This document shows positions 32,392 to 39,586 of a stretch of DNA of 39,586 nt, piece after piece (positions within the stretch are counted from its first letter, which is position 1; each line of letters begins with the position of its first letter). Location: the IMG/VR virus record IMGVR_UViG_3300037483_000555, positions 1-39,586 of that record, one strand, 5' to 3'. A program made the translations under genes and the position numbers. The notes below the pieces were generated by a model. The model was not told the DNA's origin, ran no database searches, and saw only the letters and a program-made list of their open reading frames with translations. Source of the stretch: a virus.

Positions 32392-33503
32392 TGGCGCGCC
32401 CCGGCCTTCTCCGGAACCGGAAGTTCGTCCGCATGGAGCGGATGAAGGGCATGACCAAGGCGATCGCCCTCGGCTCGCTGGAGCTCATCTGGAGCGCCGC
32501 CTACGAGACCGGCGAGGACTTGGTGGGGACCGCCGAGGACGTCGAGTTGGCAGCCGACTGGCGGGGCGAGCCGGGACTCCTCTTCGCCGCTCTTCGGGAC
32601 GCCGGACTACCCGGCCCTGGCTTCATTGAGGAGGCTCCGGAGCGGCCCCGCATGTGGCGCATCCATGACCTCTACGACCACGCTCCAGACTACGTACAGC
32701 GCCGCATGGAGCGGGAAGCCGAGCGTCTAGCGAAGGGCCGAACGATCTCGGACATCCGCTCCGAGGCGGCTAAGGCCAGGTGGAACAAAGAGAAAGATGC
32801 AAACGGATGCAAGCGTCCGCCACTTGCTGACCCGCAGGATGCAAAGGTGCTCACTCCCGCTCCCGCTCCCGCTCCCAAAGAAGAAGCACTTGTCTCCGAA
32901 GCTCCCGCTTCGGGCGACGCATGGGGGCGGGTGAGCGAGCTTTGGGGCAGCGTGTGCGTCCCCGCCGGGTTCGCCAAGGCTCGCGGGACGCCGCTGCAGA
33001 AGAAGGCAGCCCAAGCCCGCATGCGCGAGGGTGGCTGGTTCGAGGCCTTCGCTGCGGCCTGTAGGCACGCGGCCGGGGATCCCTTCTACCGCGGCGGCGG
33101 CAAGACGGGTTGGGTGATGGACCTTGGGTGGCTCTTGAAGCCTGGGAACACCGAGAAGACAGCCGATCGCGCAACGACACGGAGAGCGAATGGACACACG
33201 TCCCAGCACGACGCCGAACTACTCCGGGCGCTCGCAGAAGCCGAACGAGACGCCTCAAGTCCCGAGCCTCCAACCAGCGACAGCGGCGATGGAGGAGGGC
33301 TTCGAAGCTCTCCGCCGCTCGACCCGGTTGAAGACGATGTGGCCACGAATGGAAAGCCTCTGTCCGCCGCGGTCCGAGCGCTTATGGTTCATCGGTGGCC
33401 AGCCGGGAAACTTCAAGACGCAACTCATGTGGAACCTCGCGCTGTCACTGGCAGAACGCCGACACCGGGTGCTTTTCGTTTCCCTGGAACAGACGACGGG
33501 TGA
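32391..33503 (+). CDS. Replication-associated protein (initiator or helicase-loader-like); 3' end uncertain
   Basis: Start ATG shares one base with the upstream stop (TGATG). The C-terminal region ...FYRGGGKTGWVMDLGWLLKPGNTEKT resembles phage replication/DnaD-associated C-terminal modules. The coding signal in this frame fades near 33190, where the next gene begins. Confidence 0.4.
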   Translation: MARPGLLRNRKFVRMERMKGMTKAIALGSLELIWSAAYETGEDLVGTAEDVELAADWRGEPGLLFAALRDAGLPGPGFIEEAPERPRMWRIHDLYDHAPDYVQRRMEREAERLAKGRTISDIRSEAAKARWNKEKDANGCKRPPLADPQDAKVLTPAPAPAPKEEALVSEAPASGDAWGRVSELWGSVCVPAGFAKARGTPLQKKAAQARMREGGWFEAFAAACRHAAGDPFYRGGGKTGWVMDLGWLLKPGNTEKTADRATTRRANGHTSQHDAELLRALAEAERDASSPEPPTSDSGDGGGLRSSPPLDPVEDDVATNGKPLSAAVRALMVHRWPAGKLQDATHVEPRAVTGRTPTPGAFRFPGTDDG

Positions 33504-34170
33504 GATGGCCGTGGGCGCCGTCGCCAGGTACTCGCGCATTCCACTCGGCGTGCTGGAGCGGGCGCAGAGCGGCGAGACGCGCCTAACCGAGTCGCAGCAC
33601 GTAGGGCTCGCCACGGCATCGCAGCGAATGGCCGAGACGGAGTTGTTCCTGCGGCTCCATGGCGCAGACCAGCACGGGCGCGGACTCGAGGACGTGATCC
33701 GAAGCGCTACCCGCTCCAACTTCGATGCCGTGTTCATCGACCACATCGGCATGATCGGCCGGGATGACGGCAACGAGCTCGAGCAGCTCTCCGCCGCGAT
33801 CGACAGGCTGCGCCGGCTGGCTAGGGGGTCGGTCGTGAAGGGCTACACCCCGTTCGTCTGCGCCACGACGCCGCTCAAGCGCGATGCCGCCACTGGTGAC
33901 GAGGAGAAGCTGCCGGCCATCACCGACTTTCGCGGCTCGAGCCGCCTCGAGTACGACGCCGACGTTGCGATCATCCTGCGGCGGCGCGCGCGCAAGGGCG
34001 AGGAGGAGAGCGGCGAGCCGACGCTCGTCGACGGGTTCGTACTCAAGAACCGGCAAGGCCCCTGCCCGGCGGTGCTGCAATTCGAAGCGCAAGGGGCGAT
34101 CTGTTTCGTGAACGAGCACCACAAGCCGGAGCCGCAACCACCCCGGCACTGGCAGGAGAACGACCGATGA
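33190..34170 (+). CDS. DnaB-like (RecA-fold) replicative helicase ATPase domain protein
   Basis: IGGQPGNFKTQLMWNLA (Walker A-like), AVFIDHIGMI (Walker B-like) and LKNRQGP. GGAGAG lies 3 nt before ATG 33190. High GC3 from the start. Confidence 0.65.
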   Translation: MDTRPSTTPNYSGRSQKPNETPQVPSLQPATAAMEEGFEALRRSTRLKTMWPRMESLCPPRSERLWFIGGQPGNFKTQLMWNLALSLAERRHRVLFVSLEQTTGEMAVGAVARYSRIPLGVLERAQSGETRLTESQHVGLATASQRMAETELFLRLHGADQHGRGLEDVIRSATRSNFDAVFIDHIGMIGRDDGNELEQLSAAIDRLRRLARGSVVKGYTPFVCATTPLKRDAATGDEEKLPAITDFRGSSRLEYDADVAIILRRRARKGEEESGEPTLVDGFVLKNRQGPCPAVLQFEAQGAICFVNEHHKPEPQPPRHWQENDR

Positions 34171-34325
34171 CCGCCGCTCTCGCCTCGCTGTCCCTCCTCG
34201 TCGGCCTCTGGCTCCTCCGCCGGAACCGGAAGCGGTGCTGGTTCCCCCGGGAGCGAGTGAGGCACCCGGAGAGGCTCACGGGAGCTGTGTGGCCGGAGAG
34301 CTCCAACCGCCGGGGGTGGCCGTGA
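34167..34325 (+). CDS. Small membrane peptide
   Basis: 52 aa, MTAALASLSLLVGLWLL... ATGA overlap upstream and GTGA downstream. Not in the track. Confidence 0.3.
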   Translation: MTAALASLSLLVGLWLLRRNRKRCWFPRERVRHPERLTGAVWPESSNRRGWP

Positions 34326-34492
34326 CCTGCTTCGCCACCTGCCCACCCTGCCCTGGGTGCGAGAAGCTGCGGGCGAGGCTGGCCGACCTCGAGAGGGGGC
34401 GGGACCAGCTCGCCTTCCAACTCCAGGCGGCCAAGGCCGATGCGCAGTTCTTCCGCGAGCGCGAGGCGGCGCAGAACGGAGCGGGCAAGTGA
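34322..34492 (+). CDS. Small Cys-motif coiled-coil protein
   Basis: 56 aa from GTG 34322. Contains CFATCPPCPGC followed by a helical segment. Confidence 0.35.
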   Translation: MTCFATCPPCPGCEKLRARLADLERGRDQLAFQLQAAKADAQFFREREAAQNGAGK

Positions 34493-34644
34493 TGCGCTGG
34501 CTACGCGGACTCTGGCGGCGCTGGCAAGAGCGCTGCCCACGGTGCGGAGGGATCCTGCTCTACGGCCACGAGTTCCAGCGCGAGTACGTGGTCTCGTGGA
34601 GCCGCTGCCCAGAGTGCGGGTGGGAGTCCAGAACACATGGCTAG
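34492..34644 (+). CDS. Small zinc-ribbon protein
   Basis: 50 aa. CPRCG ... CPECG. Start ATG shares one base with the upstream stop (TGATG). Confidence 0.4.
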   Translation: MRWLRGLWRRWQERCPRCGGILLYGHEFQREYVVSWSRCPECGWESRTHG

Positions 34645-35008
34645 CCCGACCTCTCGCAGCCTCGAGTACCTGCGCGGCGGCGGATGGCTCCCCGCCGTGG
34701 TCGAGCAGACCATCCCGCGCACGTTCATCAAGCGCGACCTCTTCGGCGTCGCTGACATCCTCGCCGTGAAGGCCAAGCGGCGCCCGGTCCTGGTGCAGGT
34801 CACGAGCGCATCGAACGTCTCGGCCCGTGTGGCGAAGATCCGCGCCTCCGAGCACCTGCCGGTCCTACTCGACGTGTTCACGTTCGAGGTCCACGGCTGG
34901 GCGAAGCCGACCAAGACCCGCCGGCAATGGCGCCTACGGGTCGTCACCATCGACGCGACCGGAGCAACCGACCACGGCGAGTTGCCGGCGGAGGGCACAG
35001 GGACATGA
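34637..35008 (+). CDS. PD-(D/E)XK-like nuclease, possible Holliday-junction resolvase
   Basis: 123 aa. SLEYLRGGGW...KRDLFGVADILAV...VLVQVTS resembles the Hjc/resolvase-type layout, with Gln in place of the usual Glu. Located just upstream of the packaging genes. Confidence 0.35.
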   Translation: MASPTSRSLEYLRGGGWLPAVVEQTIPRTFIKRDLFGVADILAVKAKRRPVLVQVTSASNVSARVAKIRASEHLPVLLDVFTFEVHGWAKPTKTRRQWRLRVVTIDATGATDHGELPAEGTGT

Positions 35009-35211
35009 CGCACCACGCAAGGCTCGTCCATTGGCAGTGCGCCGGTTGCGCCCTCATCCGCACCACCTACCCGGAGGGATACCCGCGCAACTGGAGCCAC
35101 CGGGCCGGGCGCGACCTCTGCTCGACCTGCCGGCGGCGAGAGGGGCTCACGGGTCCGGTAGGGCTTGTCAAACGAAAGCGCGACGTCACACTCAGCCAAA
35201 GGAATGGCTGA
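35005..35211 (+). CDS. Small zinc-ribbon protein
   Basis: 68 aa from the internal ATG (ATGA overlap). CAGC ... CSTC. Confidence 0.4.
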   Translation: MTHHARLVHWQCAGCALIRTTYPEGYPRNWSHRAGRDLCSTCRRREGLTGPVGLVKRKRDVTLSQRNG

Positions 35212-35575
35212 GAGCAGCGCACCATCAGCGAAAAAGCGTCGCGGCCCAGGCCGACCGTTCCAGGCTGGCCAAAGCGGCAACCCCGGCGGTCGCCCCAAGG
35301 GCATTGCCGAGCGCGTAAAGGCGCTGGTGGGTAAGGACGGGCGCAAAGCCATCGAGATCCTGTGGGACATCGCATCAGGCAAGCTCACCATCACAGCCTA
35401 CGCGGACGGCAAGCCATACGATGCTGAGCCGTCGTTCAAAGACCGACGAGAGGCCGCCATAGCTCTGCTGGACCGCGGGTTCGGTAAACCGGCGCAACCG
35501 CTGACAGGGGAAGACGGCGGGCCGATCGCGGTGACAGCGATCGAGCGCGTGATCGTCGACCCTGCGAAAACATGA
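35204..35575 (+). CDS. terS: Terminase small subunit
   Basis: KKRRGPGRPFQAGQSGNPGGRPKG N-terminus is typical of the DUF5681-type small terminase. Directly upstream of terL. The track TTG start at 35165 is less likely. Confidence 0.6.
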   Translation: MAESSAPSAKKRRGPGRPFQAGQSGNPGGRPKGIAERVKALVGKDGRKAIEILWDIASGKLTITAYADGKPYDAEPSFKDRREAAIALLDRGFGKPAQPLTGEDGGPIAVTAIERVIVDPAKT

Positions 35576-36801
35576 GCACCCTGCGCATCCAAACTCCGCG
35601 GGCGTTCGCTCCGCTCCTCGAGCCGGCCAGGTACAAGGGGCTACACGGTGGGCGCGGATCCGGGAAGAGCCACTTCTTCGCGGAATCGCTGGTAGAGCGC
35701 TGCCTGATGCAGCGTGGAACCCGCTGGGCCTGCATCCGTGAGGTGCAGAAGTCGCTGGAACAGTCAGTGAAGCGGCTCCTGGAGGACAAGCTCGAGTCGA
35801 TGGGCGTGGGTCCGTCGTTCGAGGTCCAGAAGTTCGAGATCGGCACACCCGGAGGCGGGGTGGTCATCTTCCAGGGCATGCAGAACCACACCGCCGACAG
35901 CATTAAAAGCCTGGAAGGATTCGACGGTGCGTGGGTGGAGGAGGCGCAGAGCCTTTCGCAGCGCTCGCTCGACCTCCTGCGGCCCACGATCCGCAAGGAA
36001 GGCTCCGAGATGTGGTTCTCATGGAACCCGCGCCATGAGACCGACCCGATCGACAAGCTCCTGCGCGGCGAGCACGCGCCGCCTGGCGCCGTCGTCGTGG
36101 AGGCCAACTACGGCGACAACCCGTGGCTGCCGGACGTGCTGCGGCAGGAAATGGAGTACGACCAGCGGCGCGACCCGGACAAGTTTGCCCACGTGTGGAA
36201 GGGCGGATATGTGCGCGCGAGCGAGGCGCGTGTCTTCCGTAACTGGCGCGTGGAGGAGTTCGACATCCCCGCCGACGCGATCATTCGGCAGGGCGCGGAC
36301 TGGGGCTTCGCCGTCGATCCAGCGGTGCTCGTCCAGTGCTACACGATCGGTCGCACGCTCTATGTGCCGTACGAAGCGTGGATGATCGGATGTCAGATCG
36401 ACAACCTGCCGGACCTGTTCGCCACGGTGCCGGGCTCGGCCCGGTGGTGGATCACCGCCGACTCGGCCCGGCCCGAGACAATCGCGCACATGCAGCGCCA
36501 CGGATACCCGAAGCTTGGCCCTGCGGTGAAGGGCGCCCGCAGCGTCGAGGAGGGGATCGAGTTCCTGCAGTCCTATGACATCGTCGTGCACCCGCGGTGT
36601 CGGCACACGATCGACGAGCTCACGCTCTACAGCTACGAGACCGACCCACTCACGGGCGCCGTGATGCCGAAGCTCAAGGACAAGTACAATCACGTGATCG
36701 ACTCGCTGCGCTACGCCTGCGAGGGCGCGCGCCGGGCCGTGAAGCCGGGTGTGGTCGCGGTTTCGCGGCAGCCTCGCGCTCCCACGGGATGGATGGCTTG
36801 A
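35572..36801 (+). CDS. terL: Terminase large subunit (PBSX/Terminase_3-like)
   Basis: Walker A GGRGSGKS, ...AWVEEAQ... (Walker B/coupling region), and a C-terminal nuclease region with ...HVIDSLRYA. 409 aa. Confidence 0.85.
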   Translation: MSTLRIQTPRAFAPLLEPARYKGLHGGRGSGKSHFFAESLVERCLMQRGTRWACIREVQKSLEQSVKRLLEDKLESMGVGPSFEVQKFEIGTPGGGVVIFQGMQNHTADSIKSLEGFDGAWVEEAQSLSQRSLDLLRPTIRKEGSEMWFSWNPRHETDPIDKLLRGEHAPPGAVVVEANYGDNPWLPDVLRQEMEYDQRRDPDKFAHVWKGGYVRASEARVFRNWRVEEFDIPADAIIRQGADWGFAVDPAVLVQCYTIGRTLYVPYEAWMIGCQIDNLPDLFATVPGSARWWITADSARPETIAHMQRHGYPKLGPAVKGARSVEEGIEFLQSYDIVVHPRCRHTIDELTLYSYETDPLTGAVMPKLKDKYNHVIDSLRYACEGARRAVKPGVVAVSRQPRAPTGWMA

Positions 36802-38855
36802 TGAGCGACAAGACCAAGGCCATCATCGCCACCGCTCTCGAGCGCTTCAAGCGCTGCGAGGAGGCTGAGTCAGAGAACCGGGGCAGGTCGCTGGAAGACC
36901 TCGAGTTCAGCCTCGGGTCGCAGTGGGATGAGGCTGTGCGGCGCGCTCGCGAGACGGACCCGAACGGTGCCCGGCCGTGCCTCACCGTCGACAAGATCGA
37001 TCAGTACGTGAGGCAGGTCGTGAACGACGCGCGGCAGAACAAGCCGGCGATCAAGCCGCGCGCGAAGGACGCGGGAGCCGACATCGAAACGGCCGAGGTG
37101 TTGGCCGGCATCGTGCGCCACATCGAGGACCAGTCGTCGGCCGACATCGCTTACGACACCGCCGTGGAGATGGCAGCCCGCGCTGGCTTCGGCTTCATCC
37201 GCGTAGTCACCGACTACTGCTACGACGAGGGCTTCGAGCAGGACATCCTGATCCGCGAGGTAGCGAACCCGTTCGCGTGCTACGTCGATCCGGACGCGCT
37301 ACAGGCAGACGGCTCTGACGCGCGGTACGGCTTCGCCTGGGAGGACATGCCCCGCGAGCAGTTCGAGGCCCAGTACCCGGACGCGGACGCGAGCGGATTC
37401 GACGCTGGCAGCGAGAGAGCGGACTGGATCCGCAAGGATACGGTCAGGGTGTGCGAGTACTTCTCGGCCGAGGACGAGCCGCGCCGCGTGTGGCAGGGGC
37501 AGGACGGGCAGGCGTCGGAGACGGAGATCGAGGGCGCTGCGAGCCGCACGGCGAAGCGCCGCAAGGTGATGTGGCGCAAGATCACCGCGCGTGAGGTGCT
37601 CGAGGAACGCGAGTGGCCGTCCAGGTACATCGGAATCGTTCCGGTGTACGGGCACCGCATCAGTGTCGAGGGCCGGCGCGTGACGCGGTCGATCGTCGGG
37701 TCGTCGAAAGACGCGCAACGCATGTACAACTACGCCGCGTCCGCGTTCGTGGAGCGCGTGGCGCTCACTCCGAAGGCGCCTTTCATTGCGACCGTGAACC
37801 AAATCGAGGGGCACGAGGCAACCTGGCAGACCGCGAACACCGGCAACTATTCGGTGCTGCCGTACAACTCGGACCCAAACTCACCTCCTCCGCAGCGCCA
37901 GCCCGCGTCGGACATTCCGTCCGGATGGATGGCCGTCATGCAGTCCATGGAGCACGACATTCAGGGCGCGCTCGGCATGTACAATGCTGCGGTGGGCGCG
38001 CCCAGCAACGAGAAGAGCGGGCGCGCGATCCTGGCGCGGCAGAAGGAAGCGGACGTCGCGACGTTCCATGTGATCGACAACCTTAGCCGCGCGATCAGAC
38101 AGGTCGGCCGGATCGTGATCGACCTCATCCCGCGCATCTACGACACGGCGCGCGTGGTGCGCATCCTGGGCGAGGACGGATCCGAGGAATTCGCGCGCAT
38201 CGACCCGGAGCAGGAGGAGGCACGCCGGGACATCCGCGACGTGAGCGGGCAGGTCATCGAGCGGATCTACAACCCCGGCGTGGGCCGCTACGATGTGACG
38301 GTGACGGTCGGCCCTGGCTACTCGACCAAGCGGCAGGAAGCTGCCGAGTTCCTGACACAGGTGGTGCAGTCCTCAGACGCCATGATGCAGGTTGCTGGGG
38401 ACCTGATGTTCAAGGCGCTCGACATGCCGTATGCCGACGAGCTCGCCGACCGCATGCGTAAGATGATGCCGCCGCAACTCCAGGAACAGGCGGGGCCCCA
38501 AGTGCCTCCCGAGGTCCAACAGCGGATGGAGGCCATGGGGCAGCAGATGGCGCAGCTGCAGGAGCAACTGTCCGCGGCGGCGGCGCAGCTCGGCGACAAG
38601 CGCATGGAGTACGAGGGTAAGAGGGCGGACCTGTTGATCAAGGAACGCGAGCTCGCGATCCGCGAGTTCGACGCCGAGACGAAGCGGATTCAGGCCGTGC
38701 AGGGCGGGATGGGGCCGGAGGCGATCCAGGCGCTCGTGCTCGACACGCTGGCTCATGTTGCGGCGCCGCCGGAGCCGCTCATCCCTCCCGAGCAGATGAG
38801 TGTAGAGACCATGCCTAGCGGTGGGCTTTCACCGCGAGAGGAGCAAAATGGCTGA
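36801..38855 (+). CDS. Portal protein, P22-like with a long C-terminal helical barrel region
   Basis: 684 aa from ATG 36801 (ATGA overlap with terL). N-terminus ...LERFKRCEEAESENRGRSLEDLEFSLGSQWDE is typical of P22-type portals. Gln/Glu/Ala-rich helical tail. Confidence 0.8.
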   Translation: MSDKTKAIIATALERFKRCEEAESENRGRSLEDLEFSLGSQWDEAVRRARETDPNGARPCLTVDKIDQYVRQVVNDARQNKPAIKPRAKDAGADIETAEVLAGIVRHIEDQSSADIAYDTAVEMAARAGFGFIRVVTDYCYDEGFEQDILIREVANPFACYVDPDALQADGSDARYGFAWEDMPREQFEAQYPDADASGFDAGSERADWIRKDTVRVCEYFSAEDEPRRVWQGQDGQASETEIEGAASRTAKRRKVMWRKITAREVLEEREWPSRYIGIVPVYGHRISVEGRRVTRSIVGSSKDAQRMYNYAASAFVERVALTPKAPFIATVNQIEGHEATWQTANTGNYSVLPYNSDPNSPPPQRQPASDIPSGWMAVMQSMEHDIQGALGMYNAAVGAPSNEKSGRAILARQKEADVATFHVIDNLSRAIRQVGRIVIDLIPRIYDTARVVRILGEDGSEEFARIDPEQEEARRDIRDVSGQVIERIYNPGVGRYDVTVTVGPGYSTKRQEAAEFLTQVVQSSDAMMQVAGDLMFKALDMPYADELADRMRKMMPPQLQEQAGPQVPPEVQQRMEAMGQQMAQLQEQLSAAAAQLGDKRMEYEGKRADLLIKERELAIREFDAETKRIQAVQGGMGPEAIQALVLDTLAHVAAPPEPLIPPEQMSVETMPSGGLSPREEQNG

Positions 38856-39586
38856 CGAGATCACCGCACCCGAGCCCACGGCGACGGTCACACCAGCGCC
38901 GACGCAGGGCGACAGCACGCAGACCCCAGCTCCGGAGACGAGCGACGGCGCGGAGACGCAGGACGCCAAGCCGGATGCCGGCGGAGACGACCCCGAGCCA
39001 CAGCGGCCCGCGCTACCCAAGGGTGTGCAGAAGCGGATCGACCGCCTGACCCGCGAGAAGTACCGGCTACAGGCGGAGCTCGAGGTGGCGCGCAAACAGG
39101 CGCCGCAGCCCGAGCCGCAGGCCAAGCCGGCGGCGGACGGTGCGCCGAAGCCCGATCAATTCAAGAGCTACGAGGAGTTTCTCGAGGCCCGCGCCGAGTG
39201 GAAGGCAGAACAGCGGGTGGGGACCCTCCTCGGCGAGCTGCGCGAGAAGGCACAGCGCCAGGCCGGCCAGGCCGAGCAGGAGAAGTTGCAGTCCCAGTGG
39301 GAGAAGCGCGTCGGTGAGGCGCTGACCACGTACGACGACTTCGAGGAGGTGGCCCTCTCGCCAGAGGTGCCGATCTCTGAGCCGATGATGGCTGCCATCC
39401 TCCGTTCGCCGAAGGGCGCGGACGTGGCCTATCACCTCGGCAAGAACCGAGAGCTTGCTGCCCAGATCGCGGGGCTCGACCCCATCGGTGCCGCCATCCG
39501 CATTGGAGAGATCGCGGCGACCATCACCAAGCCGGCACCGAAGAAGACCAGCGACGCCCCCGCCCCGATCAACCCGGTCGGCGGAC
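38848..39586 (+). CDS. Scaffolding protein, N-terminal part (runs off the window and continues at 128-216)
   Basis: ATG overlaps the portal stop (AATGGCTGA). Pro/Ala/Glu/Lys/Gln-rich helical protein between portal and coat. 275 aa in total once the junction is closed. Confidence 0.65.
   Translation, partial: MADEITAPEPTATVTPAPTQGDSTQTPAPETSDGAETQDAKPDAGGDDPEPQRPALPKGVQKRIDRLTREKYRLQAELEVARKQAPQPEPQAKPAADGAPKPDQFKSYEEFLEARAEWKAEQRVGTLLGELREKAQRQAGQAEQEKLQSQWEKRVGEALTTYDDFEEVALSPEVPISEPMMAAILRSPKGADVAYHLGKNRELAAQIAGLDPIGAAIRIGEIAATITKPAPKKTSDAPAPINPVGG
39460..39586. repeat. Terminal direct repeat, right copy (identical to 1-127)
   Basis: Same 127-nt string as the window start. It lies inside the scaffold ORF and keeps the frame, because 39459 is divisible by 3. 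Confidence 0.95.

Larger units (their letters stand above)
1..39459. mobile_element. One complete unit of a circular or circularly permuted temperate P22-like podovirus genome
   Basis: Bases 1-127 equal 39460-39586, so the window closes on itself. A full phage gene set is present (packaging, head, ejection, lysis, tailspike, integrase, recombination, immunity, replication). No host-like flank is seen. Confidence 0.8.

Noticed and set aside
36597-36800. N-terminal extension of the portal ORF in the track
   Set aside because: It lies entirely inside terL in another frame. ATG 36801 forms an ATGA overlap with the terL stop, and the portal-like sequence starts there.

Overview
The window is one complete, self-closing phage genome. 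Bases 1-127 are identical to bases 39460-39586, giving a 39459-bp unit, and no bacterial flanks are visible. The sequence is very GC-rich with a strong third-codon-position GC bias. This produces many long spurious antisense ORFs in the supplied track. I therefore chose frames and start codons using GC3, Shine-Dalgarno-like GGAG motifs, and the pervasive ATGA/GTGA stop-start overlaps.

Gene order is that of a temperate P22-like (lambdoid) podovirus:
- **Plus strand, 35204 through the end and across the junction to 15002.** Small and large terminase, portal, scaffold (split by the junction), coat, an inserted glycosyltransferase plus SAM-methyltransferase pair, gp4-like and gp10-like head-completion proteins, a needle-position protein, three ejection-protein analogues size-matched to P22 gp7/gp20/gp16, a lysis cassette, and a beta-helix tailspike.
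- **Minus strand, 15036-16099.** Small cargo genes.
- **Minus strand, 16313-27836.** Tyrosine integrase and excisionase-like gene, then a long translationally coupled early-left operon. It carries a HigA-like HTH protein, Cys-rich and coiled-coil proteins, QueD, a TGT/DpdA-like protein, an HNH endonuclease, a single-strand annealing protein, a Cas4-like exonuclease and a half-size DnaN-like protein.
- **Immunity region, 27974-28985.** Two copies of one promoter/operator unit face outward, like lambda PL and PR. They bracket a cI-position gene and a leaderless Cro-like XRE gene.
- **Plus strand, 28993-35211.** Early-right operon with a DNA methyltransferase, a replication protein, a DnaB-like ATPase, a resolvase-like nuclease and small zinc-ribbon proteins.

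The items most worth follow-up are:
- a 264-bp (GACCNC)x44 array open in four reading frames (27240-27503);
- the minimal QueD plus DpdA-like putative 7-deazaguanine DNA-modification pair (21374-22542);
- the glycosyltransferase/methyltransferase cassette inside the head module (1472-2979);
- the duplicated promoter/operator unit (27974-28014 and 28700-28740);
- a lysis cassette with no canonical endolysin or spanin (11120-12784).

All functional calls come from motif recall and synteny. No database search was run.
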